A stretch of 64,000 bases of DNA from Gemmatimonadota bacterium (GTDB taxonomy: Bacteria; Gemmatimonadota; Gemmatimonadetes; Gemmatimonadales; GWC2-71-9). The notes beneath the pieces were generated by a model. The model was not told where the DNA came from. It searched no databases and saw only the letters and a program-made list of their open reading frames with translations. Below, one piece after another: positions 40,283 through 48,730 of the stretch (the first letter of the stretch is position 1; the number at the start of each line of letters is the position of its first letter). The translations under genes and the position numbers were made by a program. The stretch is from NCBI GenBank assembly GCA_039586365.1, contig JBDHKN010000006.1, positions 128,001 to 192,000 on the forward strand, written 5' to 3'.

Positions 40283-42877
40283 CTATGGTCGCAGGTCTTC
40301 TAGAAGGATGGTTATGGTGCGCCGTTGCTCGCCGGGTGGAAACGTGATTGTGAGACCATTTACGCCGTCCTGGTAATCAACGCTCGCCGGTCCGTGCCCC
40401 ACCCGCACGGCTTCGCCGTGGAGATCGATGCGATAGGAGTCGCCGGGATGTCCCTCGACCACCAGACTCCAGCCTCGAACTAACTCCTGAAAGTCGAGTA
40501 CTCTGATCCCCTGGCTCTCTTGCCCAGGGTCGAGCTTGGCTGTCGGCGGTTGCAGGATAAGTCCACCTTCCCAGGTCAACTCCAGTCGTGTCTGCCTGTC
40601 ACTGATTGGAATGGTTATCAGATGTTGTCCTTCGTGTCTGCCCTGGTGGGTCGACCCGCGACCGGCGCCGTGGGTAGGAGAAACTGTGAGACCTACGTCC
40701 CGCGCGCGCAACGGGATGGGAAGTACAAAATCCACATTCACTGGCGTCCCCGTAGCGCGAACGTCGATAGAGAGATAGCCCGGTCCCTGCCGCACGTCGG
40801 CGTCCAGCGAACTGGCTCCGATCTTGAGATTGTGGGCACTCATGCGCTGCCACGAAGGAGGCAACTGAGGGGCCAGCCTCGCCCGACCGCTTGGTGCGTC
40901 CGGATCCCACCCGAGCATTCCGGCGACCACGGGTGTGAGCAGCATCGACGTTGCGAAGAACTGTTGTGGTACGGCTGTGTCGAGAGGACGGTAGTACCGC
41001 CCGGACATCAATTCGGGATGGCGCCCTCGGGCCCAATCGAAAGTGGCTTGCTTCAGAGCGTCGATCAAAGGGAAGCCGGACCAGGACCGTCGGTAGTTGT
41101 ACTGTCCCCAGGTCACGAATCCGGTGACAAACGGCCACACAGAGCCACCGTTGTAGTGCACCGGATCATACAACGCACTGCCAGTGGATAGCATCCGCGC
41201 ACCCCAGTCGGCGCTGATGGAGTCACTCGCCAGTTTCATGAGGGTGAGTTCGGCCCGGGCCGGGTCCAGCAGGTTGAACGCTGCTGCCGTGGCGGGCCAC
41301 ACCGTGAGATTGTCGTTGGTGTCGCCGGATCGGAGTATGCCGAAGGCATGGTGGCCCTCCACATCTCGCCAGTAGTCTCGGTTGAGCACAGCTCTGGCCC
41401 TACGTCCCAACTCTTCAACCTCGCGCGCCAAGGCGGGATCGCCTCTCGCATGGGACAGCTCGGCCATCGCCTCCAACGCCTTGATCCATACGGCAGCGAG
41501 GTAGATGTCCTGATGTATGTCCTGGCCGAGTTCACCCACTTCGATCGCTCCTAGGTTGCCAGGGCCGTTCTCAATGATTGCGTCTCCGTCGGTGTCGCGC
41601 GAAAGGCACCATGCATATGCCTTGCTTACCGCGGGCCAGAGATCGTCGAGGAGTCTGCTGTCGCCAGTGGCTCGCCAGTAACGCCACAGGGCAACTAGCC
41701 AATGGGGCGTCGTATCGGCGTGGTAGTAAGTGTAGGGGAAATCGGTGAACCACGGGATTGTCCCGGCAGCTTGGGAAATCTCGTGCGGGATCTTGCCGTC
41801 TTCACGCTGGTAGTGGGCCAGGAACCGAAGCCCTTGTGACACTTGGGACCACATGCCCGTAGCACTCATGGCGAGCGTGTTGATCGCTGCATCTCCTCCG
41901 AAGAACCAGCCGAAGCCGGGCCTGCTGCTCTGGCCCGAGGGACCCCACCCCGCCACCAGGCCGCACCCGAGATCCGGATTGCACACTACGGCTTCGTCCA
42001 AGTTGATCTTGGACCACTCCAGCGCGAGGTCGAGGTCGTCGTCGGGAGTGTCGATGGATGTGGTATTGGCAAGCAGCGATCGTACGTGCTCCAGCCGCTC
42101 GCGGTAAAGAGCCGCGCCGTTCTCGAGCAACCGCTGATATATGCGGGCTACCGAGTCGCGCGGAGCTGTTGCAGCGGCGACAGCGATGGGGATGAACTCC
42201 GTTTCGCGGCGCGCGGAGTCGATCGGGATCACGAAGGTGTTGGGAGCATCCGGCAGCGCGTGAGCCGGATGGGTAGAAGCTGCCGTGGCCCAGGGTGATC
42301 CTATCAACGCATTTCGCTCACGGAGGCTCTCGGACAGGACGAAGGCCTTGGTATCGGAATCCCACAATGTGTACTGCCCGCCGAACGCGCCAGGCCAGGC
42401 GTACTGAAACACCGTCTTGAAACTGACAACCACATCCAGGGGACGGAACGTGCTCACGTCCAACAGCACCAAGAGTCCGGGCAGGTTGAGAGGCGCCAGA
42501 ATGTGCTGTCGCACCGTGAACGTTGCATGGCTGTAAACGATCGTCGTGATCTCAGGACGTATCACAACTGTTCGGGCGACGTCATTGCCTCGAATCGGTT
42601 CTACATAATCGGGAATCCGGAAGTCCAGTCTGAAATCGTCGGCCAGCTTGAACGGATGGACCCAGAGCTCCGCCTCTCCGGTCTCGCTACCGAGCCAGGC
42701 CGCTGCCCTGCCGAGGATTCCCAGGTATTGCCCACCTCTGGCGTCGCCCTTGAGTGCTAGGGGCGAAGGCACGACATCGAACTTGGAGACCGTCGGTGGA
42801 TGCTGGCCGGTGGCCATGCAGATTGGTATTGCCTGCAGTGTCGTGGCAACCAGCCACGCGCATCTGAGTGCGGTCAT
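40283..42877 (-). CDS. secreted (alpha/alpha)6 glycoside hydrolase, amylo-alpha-1,6-glucosidase-like
   Basis: Signal-like N-terminus; GWFFGGD, GKIPHE, HADTT, YNGGSVWP. Confidence 0.8.
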   Translation of the reverse strand: MTALRCAWLVATTLQAIPICMATGQHPPTVSKFDVVPSPLALKGDARGGQYLGILGRAAAWLGSETGEAELWVHPFKLADDFRLDFRIPDYVEPIRGNDVARTVVIRPEITTIVYSHATFTVRQHILAPLNLPGLLVLLDVSTFRPLDVVVSFKTVFQYAWPGAFGGQYTLWDSDTKAFVLSESLRERNALIGSPWATAASTHPAHALPDAPNTFVIPIDSARRETEFIPIAVAAATAPRDSVARIYQRLLENGAALYRERLEHVRSLLANTTSIDTPDDDLDLALEWSKINLDEAVVCNPDLGCGLVAGWGPSGQSSRPGFGWFFGGDAAINTLAMSATGMWSQVSQGLRFLAHYQREDGKIPHEISQAAGTIPWFTDFPYTYYHADTTPHWLVALWRYWRATGDSRLLDDLWPAVSKAYAWCLSRDTDGDAIIENGPGNLGAIEVGELGQDIHQDIYLAAVWIKALEAMAELSHARGDPALAREVEELGRRARAVLNRDYWRDVEGHHAFGILRSGDTNDNLTVWPATAAAFNLLDPARAELTLMKLASDSISADWGARMLSTGSALYDPVHYNGGSVWPFVTGFVTWGQYNYRRSWSGFPLIDALKQATFDWARGRHPELMSGRYYRPLDTAVPQQFFATSMLLTPVVAGMLGWDPDAPSGRARLAPQLPPSWQRMSAHNLKIGASSLDADVRQGPGYLSIDVRATGTPVNVDFVLPIPLRARDVGLTVSPTHGAGRGSTHQGRHEGQHLITIPISDRQTRLELTWEGGLILQPPTAKLDPGQESQGIRVLDFQELVRGWSLVVEGHPGDSYRIDLHGEAVRVGHGPASVDYQDGVNGLTITFPPGEQRRTITILLEDLRP

Positions 42878-42916
42878 TTTCGCTCTCCTGCAACCTCGAC
42901 GTGGGGTGCGGTGGTC

Positions 42917-43990
42917 TCAGACGCCGACTTCGATCAGTGCGTCGAGCTGCTCGACCACCTCGCCAATGATGGCGGCGCTTGGGGTTTCATTCTTGTTGAG
43001 TGCCCGGACCAGATCTGCGACGGCCGAGGGGTCTACAGCGATCAGTAGTCCACCCGATGTTTGGGCGTCGGCCAACAACAGCATATCCGATTCACTGACG
43101 CCGTCAGCCCAGTGCGTGACTTCATTCGCAGCAGCCAAGTTCGTCTTAGTGCCTCCCGGCACCGCGTTCTGGCTTATCAGTTCCCGCACCCGGTCGAAAG
43201 TCGGGACTGCGTCGGCGCTGAGTCGGGCGCACTGCCCACTTGCCTCCAGGAGGTTCTGCAGGTGGCCGAGCAGGCCGAACCCGGTAACGTCGGTGACCGC
43301 ATGTGCAGCGCTACCGATCTCCGCCACGGCCTGGGCAGCTCCAGCGTTCAAGGTGGACATCGCCGTCACTGCTGCAGCCATATCATCCTCGGCCATCAAA
43401 CCGTTCTTGAGTGCCGTACTCAGAATACCGGTGCCCAACGGCTTCGTGAGCACGAGAAAGTCACCGCTCCGTGCGCCTGAATTGGTGGTTACGCGGTTCG
43501 GGTGTACTTCCCCGAGGGCAACCATGCCGTACTTCGGTTCCGGGTCATCGATAGAATGCCCCCCCAACACAAACGCTCCAGCACGTTGTGCAGTCTCGAT
43601 CCCTCCTCGCAGTGTCTCTCCCAGCAAAGCCAGTACCTCTGCGTTGCGGGGCCATGCCACCAGATTGAGGGCGAGAAGTGGCTTAGCCCCCATCGCATAG
43701 AGATCGCTGAACGCGTTCGCAGCCGCGATCGACCCGAACGAATACGGGTCGTCGACAATAGGAGCGAAGAAGTCCACGCTGACTACTAGCGCGCGATCCT
43801 CAGACAGCAGATACACTGCTGCGTCATCACGCGTCGCGGCATCGACCAAGACTCGCGGATCTGCTACATGAGGCACGTGGAGCAGGACCTGCGCCAACTC
43901 AGCAGAGCTGAGCTTACAGGCTCAGCCAGCGCCGTGCGACAGAGTAGTCAACCGGATACGGGGGCGTTGATCGCGTGCGTCGCTGCTCAT
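42917..43990 (-). CDS. selD: selenide, water dikinase; selenoprotein (Sec at codon 23)
   Basis: ATG at 43990 reads MSSDARDQRPRIRLTTLSHGAG-UGA-ACKL in frame with the DDAAVY, DFF, GGHS, TDVTGFGLLGH, DAQTSGGLL body. Confidence 0.95.
43887..43921 (-). promoter_or_regulatory. candidate SECIS hairpin 3' of the selD UGA
   Basis: GCCUGU-AAGCUCAGC-UCU-GCUGAGUUG-GC-GCAGGU can fold as one long stem-loop starting right after UGA. Confidence 0.65.
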
Positions 43991-44269
43991 TTCCAATCGC
44001 GCATGTTGTGACGAAACCGTTGCTGAGTGAGTAGTAGATAAGGAGTCGTAGCGGCGCAACGCCTGTCACTCGTTGCCCACTCGATAACTGCCAAATCTAC
44101 AGTAATTCCTGGCCCGGGTGAGGCGTGGACCAGCCCGTGGTTGTGCAGCGTATCCGGACAATGAAGGACCCTTAAGAAAAAACACACCCGCGGTTGACCC
44201 ACGCCGTAGGGACATTGGTGATGAACCGGGATTGGGCTTGGGCCTGCGTCTGACTGAGGAGGGGTGAGA

Positions 44270-45862
44270 ATGGCTCGACCGCTGGTTGTGCTGGTTGGTG
44301 CGGAGATCGAGGAGAACCTCTCGATCCGTTACTTGGCTGCGGTCCTCGAGGCGGGCGGCTTCACCGGCATGATCATTCGCTTCAACGAGTCAATGGAGAG
44401 CGATGCCGTGGTACGGGACATCTGCGCTGCGGGCCCGCTGGTCGTGGGTATCTCGATTCCGTTCCAGGCGCGGGCCCGCGAGCTGCTTGGGCTCGCTTCG
44501 CACCTCCGACTGGCCGGCTATCGAGGTCACATAAGTGTGGGTGGCCACTTCGCCACCTTTGAGTACGCCGGCATTCTGCAGGACTACTGGGCTGTCGACT
44601 CAGTGGTAAGGCACGAGGGCGAGCACACGTTCGCCGAGGTGTGCAAGGCCGTTCGGGACGGCATCGCTGTGGGAGGTATCCCTGGCACCATCGCTCGAGA
44701 CAACGGCGAGGTCACGGTGGCTCCGAAGCGCGCACTCGGGCCGCTGGACGATCTGCCGTTCCCCCAACGGCCGGCAACGCCCAACATTGTTCTGGGCATA
44801 TCGTGCGCACCGATCATGGCAAGCAGAGGCTGCTACGCCAACTGCACGTTCTGCTGCATCCATGCCTACACGGACAATGCTGCGGGTCCCCGGTACAGGA
44901 AGAGATCACCGGAAAACATAGTCCGTGAGATGTTGCAGGAATACCGTGAGCGGGGAGTGCGCCTGTTCGTGTTTCACGACGACAACTTCCTGGTTCCGTC
45001 CGTGGCGAAGAACCTGCAACGTTGCAGCGAGCTGGCTGCTCTGCTCGCGAGACAAGAGTTGGATGGGATCGGGTTGGTGATGAAATGTCGCCCGCAGGAA
45101 GTGGATAGACAGCTGTTCGAGTCGTTGCAGTCCATGGGTGTGATTCGTGTGTATGTGGGGATTGAGACCAACTCGGACGAGGGTGTGGTGAGTCTCAACC
45201 GAGGCATCTCCCCGAGCCAGAATCGCAGATCGCTGGAAATCCTGCGGGGGCTTGGGATCTACTGTTCGTTCAATGTGTTGATCTTCGACCCGGAGGCGAC
45301 ACTGCGGGGCATCCAGCAGAACTTGGAATTCATGGAGCAATTCGCTGACGTCCCCTTCAACTTCTGCCGCGCCGAGGTCTACGCTGGTACGCCACTCAAG
45401 CAGATGCTGACCGCGCAGGGGAGGTTGCTGGGCGACTACTTGGCGTGGGGTTACGAGATGCGTGATCCGCGGGTGGAGCTGCTGTTCCGGATCGTCTCAA
45501 CTGCGTTTGCCCAGCGCAACTTCAAGCCGGATGGACTCGCCAATCTCAACATGGGCATTCGGTTCGACAACGAAGTGCTATCTCACTTCCACTCTCGTGC
45601 TCGGGATCGGATCAGAGATGAGCAACTGGTAGCTCTATCTCGCGAGATTGGGCTGGACAGCGTGGCTCACTTCCGCAGAGCGCTGCAATTCGTGGCTGAG
45701 ACGGATCAACCGGAAAGCGATGCCGTGAAGCGGTTCACTGTGCAGCTGGCCGGCAGCCTGGCGCGGAGTGAGCTACGGTTTCTGCCACGCATCAAATCCG
45801 CCAGACGCGAGATGGAAAGTTGTGTGCCGCGCGAGCATGCTGGCCTGTCAGGGGCACTTTGA
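44270..45862 (+). CDS. B12-binding domain radical SAM protein (class B methyltransferase-like)
   Basis: ENLSIRYLAA, VGGHFAT, RHEGE cobalamin domain; SRGCYANCTFC; DDNF; GIE; AGGAGG RBS. Confidence 0.92.
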   Translation: MARPLVVLVGAEIEENLSIRYLAAVLEAGGFTGMIIRFNESMESDAVVRDICAAGPLVVGISIPFQARARELLGLASHLRLAGYRGHISVGGHFATFEYAGILQDYWAVDSVVRHEGEHTFAEVCKAVRDGIAVGGIPGTIARDNGEVTVAPKRALGPLDDLPFPQRPATPNIVLGISCAPIMASRGCYANCTFCCIHAYTDNAAGPRYRKRSPENIVREMLQEYRERGVRLFVFHDDNFLVPSVAKNLQRCSELAALLARQELDGIGLVMKCRPQEVDRQLFESLQSMGVIRVYVGIETNSDEGVVSLNRGISPSQNRRSLEILRGLGIYCSFNVLIFDPEATLRGIQQNLEFMEQFADVPFNFCRAEVYAGTPLKQMLTAQGRLLGDYLAWGYEMRDPRVELLFRIVSTAFAQRNFKPDGLANLNMGIRFDNEVLSHFHSRARDRIRDEQLVALSREIGLDSVAHFRRALQFVAETDQPESDAVKRFTVQLAGSLARSELRFLPRIKSARREMESCVPREHAGLSGAL

Positions 45863-45934
45863 AGTGGGCCCACAACGGTCTGTACCTAACATCCCGACGT
45901 TGTGATCACAGTTCCTTAGGACAGGGGGTCGATT

Positions 45935-46663
45935 GTGGGAATCAAGAGCAAGGCAAAGAAGGCAGCTGCTGCGGGGGTCACGGTGGCAACGAGTGGCCTG
46001 AGTAGCTGTAATGACAATGGCGTGGTTGACCCGCCCCCACCGCCACTCGAGTGCAGTGATGTAGACCAGGGGCAATCGCTCGAAGCGACGGCCGAGCGGG
46101 TTGACCGTGTCCTGTCCGTGACAGTGCGACACGCACTAGGGGCTGATGCGTACTGGTTCGATGTCCGAGTCACGAACCCGCAGGGAGCAGTGATCGTGTC
46201 GGTGGTTACGTCGCCGAACGGCCGGCCGGATGACGTGTTGGTGACGCTCTTGCTGCAGTCCGACACAACCAGCACGGGGTCGTTCACCGTGGAAGGTACC
46301 TTGGCCGGCTACTCGAACCAGCATTGTGCCGTGTTGCGCACGTTCACATTCACCGTCGACGGGCAGAACGTCGTTGTCAGTCAGCGGAAGGGCCACTCGC
46401 TTCCTTTGGTGGCCCGTGAGAGGGCCTGGATTGTCATGGTTGGTGGTGACCAACGCGAGGTGGAGCTGGAGGCCAGGACAGAATACCGCGATCCGCACGG
46501 CGTCAGTTGGTCTGTCACTGGTGGTTCCCTGGTCATCAATCCGAATCAGAAGGCCCGCTGGTTGTTGCCGGAAGAAGCTGGCCTTTACCAGGTGCAGGTG
46601 GTTGTCGACTATGGGCAGAATGGCTTGGCGGTCGACACGATGGCCTTCGAGGTGTTGGGTTAA
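45935..46663 (+). CDS. hypothetical lipoprotein-like protein with VVDPPPPP motif and beta-rich domains
   Basis: Lys-rich N-terminus, GLSSC lipobox-like site, Pro run, two predicted beta-sandwich regions. Confidence 0.75.
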   Translation: MGIKSKAKKAAAAGVTVATSGLSSCNDNGVVDPPPPPLECSDVDQGQSLEATAERVDRVLSVTVRHALGADAYWFDVRVTNPQGAVIVSVVTSPNGRPDDVLVTLLLQSDTTSTGSFTVEGTLAGYSNQHCAVLRTFTFTVDGQNVVVSQRKGHSLPLVARERAWIVMVGGDQREVELEARTEYRDPHGVSWSVTGGSLVINPNQKARWLLPEEAGLYQVQVVVDYGQNGLAVDTMAFEVLG

Positions 46664-46670
46664 GCTCGGC

Positions 46671-47897
46671 TCAGCCTCTCCCTCCTGCCAACCGAGCAGC
46701 GTCCGGTGAATGCTTGAGCCGCCACATCGCCCAGATGCCGAAAGCCGGGCCTGGGGCCAACAACGCGAATGCCCAGCGCCAACCGGCCATGTCCAGTGCA
46801 CCGGGGATCAGACGGATCGAGATCAGGGTCAGTAGGAATCCCATGGCTGTCTGGGTTGTGAGCTGGGTCCCCATGTATTCACGGTCTGATAACTCACTGA
46901 CGCTGCTGCTGAACTGAGCCGAGTCGGCAACAACCGCGAAGCCCCAGATCAAGGCGATTGCCGTTACGATCAGAGGAGATCGGCCGAAGCAGAAGCCAAT
47001 GCTGAGGGCGCACACCCCGCTCACCCACATGCTCACTATGGTGGTTCGGCAACGCCCCCACCGGTCGGCAATGTGCCCGGCCAACAGACTTCCTGCTCCA
47101 CCTGCCGCAATAGCCGCGAAAGCGGCAATCGAGGCCCACTTGGTCACCGTGTCCTGATGTAGTGACTTGCCGAAGCTGGAAGCACTGAAAGACGCTGCCA
47201 GGAAGAGCGGGATCCAGGTCCACATCGCATACAGTTCCCACATGTGGCCCAGGTATCCGAAGTTGGTCAGCCGCAGCGGCCGGAGGTGCAGCGACCGGCC
47301 CATGTGACGCCAGTGAAACGGGGCGGTGGGAGCGGCATATGGCCCGAGTTTTCCAGCGAACCACCCGCTGATCCCGCCAGCAACCGCAAGGCCCGACACT
47401 GCATAGATGACCGGCTGCCACGCGCCGATGCCCCCCAAGGCCTTGACCAGGTGCGGCGATGCGCTGCCTACTGTTAGGGCACCCACCAGCATGCCGATCG
47501 CCAAGCCTCGATCGTGCTTGGTCCAAGTGGCCATGATCTTCATACCCACTGGGTATACAGCTGCCAGCGCCATGCCTGTCCCGAACCGCAACAGGACTGC
47601 CACCATGAAACCGCTGTTGAGCGCTGGAATGAGCGCGTTGAGCAGCGCCCCCAGCAGCGCACCCGTCGCGAAGACCTTTCGGGGAGACCACAGGTCGGGG
47701 ATGTTGAGCAGGGCGCTGAGCAGTGCTCCCAGGACGAAGCCGAGCTGGACTGACATGGTCAACCACGCCGCCTGTCCACCTGAGACATCCCAGTGATCCA
47801 TCAGAGCCGGCACGACAGCAGTAGCGGAGAACCACAGGCTCATGGCCAGGAGTTCGCCCAGTGAGAGCAGGATCAGGTGGGGCCATTTGCCCGCCAC
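46671..47897 (-). CDS. MFS transporter
   Basis: MSLWFSATAV, AVYPVGMK, GYLGHMWELYAMW, ADSAQFS; about 12 TM helices. Confidence 0.9.
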   Translation of the reverse strand: MAGKWPHLILLSLGELLAMSLWFSATAVVPALMDHWDVSGGQAAWLTMSVQLGFVLGALLSALLNIPDLWSPRKVFATGALLGALLNALIPALNSGFMVAVLLRFGTGMALAAVYPVGMKIMATWTKHDRGLAIGMLVGALTVGSASPHLVKALGGIGAWQPVIYAVSGLAVAGGISGWFAGKLGPYAAPTAPFHWRHMGRSLHLRPLRLTNFGYLGHMWELYAMWTWIPLFLAASFSASSFGKSLHQDTVTKWASIAAFAAIAAGGAGSLLAGHIADRWGRCRTTIVSMWVSGVCALSIGFCFGRSPLIVTAIALIWGFAVVADSAQFSSSVSELSDREYMGTQLTTQTAMGFLLTLISIRLIPGALDMAGWRWAFALLAPGPAFGIWAMWRLKHSPDAARLAGGRG

Positions 47898-48730
47898 TAT
47901 CTGAATCCTGTCAACTGAATTCCCTGCACGAAGTACCGCTGTGTCAGGAAGAACAGTATCACTATGGGTATCACCGCTGTCACTGCAGCCGCCATTTGAT
48001 ACGGCCAGTTCATCACGAAAGTACCGTGGAACGAAGCAATCCCTACCTCCACGGTGCGCATCGTCATGGACCGGGTGACAACCAGGGGCCACAGCAGGTT
48101 CTTCCAAGCATCGATGAAGGCGAAGAGACCGATCGTTGCCAGCGCCGGCTTGGCGAGTGGCAGCGAGATCGTCCAGAATACGCGCCACGAACCCGCTCCG
48201 TCGATCCGTGCGGCATCCTCGAGTTCTCTGGGAACCGAGCGAAAATACTGCCGCATCAGGAAGATTCCCCAGACAGACACCAGCTCGGTGCTGATCAGTC
48301 CGCCATAAGTGTCTATCCAGCCGAGTGCGTCCACCAACAGGAATCTGGGAATGAGCACCACGACTGCCGGGACCATCATGGTTGACAGGTAGAGCATGAA
48401 CAGTCGGTCACGCCCTCGGAAGTCGAACTTCGCGAATGCGTAGCCGGCCGTTGCAGCCGTGAACAGCTGCCCCACGACGACTGCGGACGCGAACACGAAC
48501 GAATTGAGGAAATAGCGACCGAACGGACGTGCCGTCAGGGCGCCAGCGTAGTTGTCCCAACGCAGCGATTCCGGCACTAGTCGAGGCGGGAAACGGAACA
48601 CCTCGAGTTCGTCCATGAAGGAGGTGGCTATCATCCAGAGAAATGGGAGCAGCATCGTTGCAGCCAGAAGAACGGCGAGCCCCCAGGCTGCAGATTCTCG
48701 CCACGGTCGCGAGCGCCGCAAGCGCCCCAT
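47897..48730 (-). CDS. carbohydrate ABC transporter permease (MalG-like)
   Basis: ELEDAARIDGAG EAA loop; QRYFVQGI. Confidence 0.93.
   Translation of the reverse strand: MGRLRRSRPWRESAAWGLAVLLAATMLLPFLWMIATSFMDELEVFRFPPRLVPESLRWDNYAGALTARPFGRYFLNSFVFASAVVVGQLFTAATAGYAFAKFDFRGRDRLFMLYLSTMMVPAVVVLIPRFLLVDALGWIDTYGGLISTELVSVWGIFLMRQYFRSVPRELEDAARIDGAGSWRVFWTISLPLAKPALATIGLFAFIDAWKNLLWPLVVTRSMTMRTVEVGIASFHGTFVMNWPYQMAAAVTAVIPIVILFFLTQRYFVQGIQLTGFR

Noticed and set aside
42648..43700. Long antisense or alternate-frame ORFs (e.g. 42648-43700, 46894-47886, 53533-54444, 34964-35815)
   Set aside because: They shadow well-supported genes in GC-rich DNA and have no recognisable motifs.
44108..44140. 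CCGGGTGAGGCGTGGAC near selD resembles part of tRNA-Sec
   Set aside because: No UCA anticodon arm, T-loop or acceptor stem can be built.
45860..45935. Radical SAM gene ends in TGA and is in frame with the next ORF, suggesting Sec readthrough or fusion
   Set aside because: In-frame TAA and TAG stops lie in the spacer.
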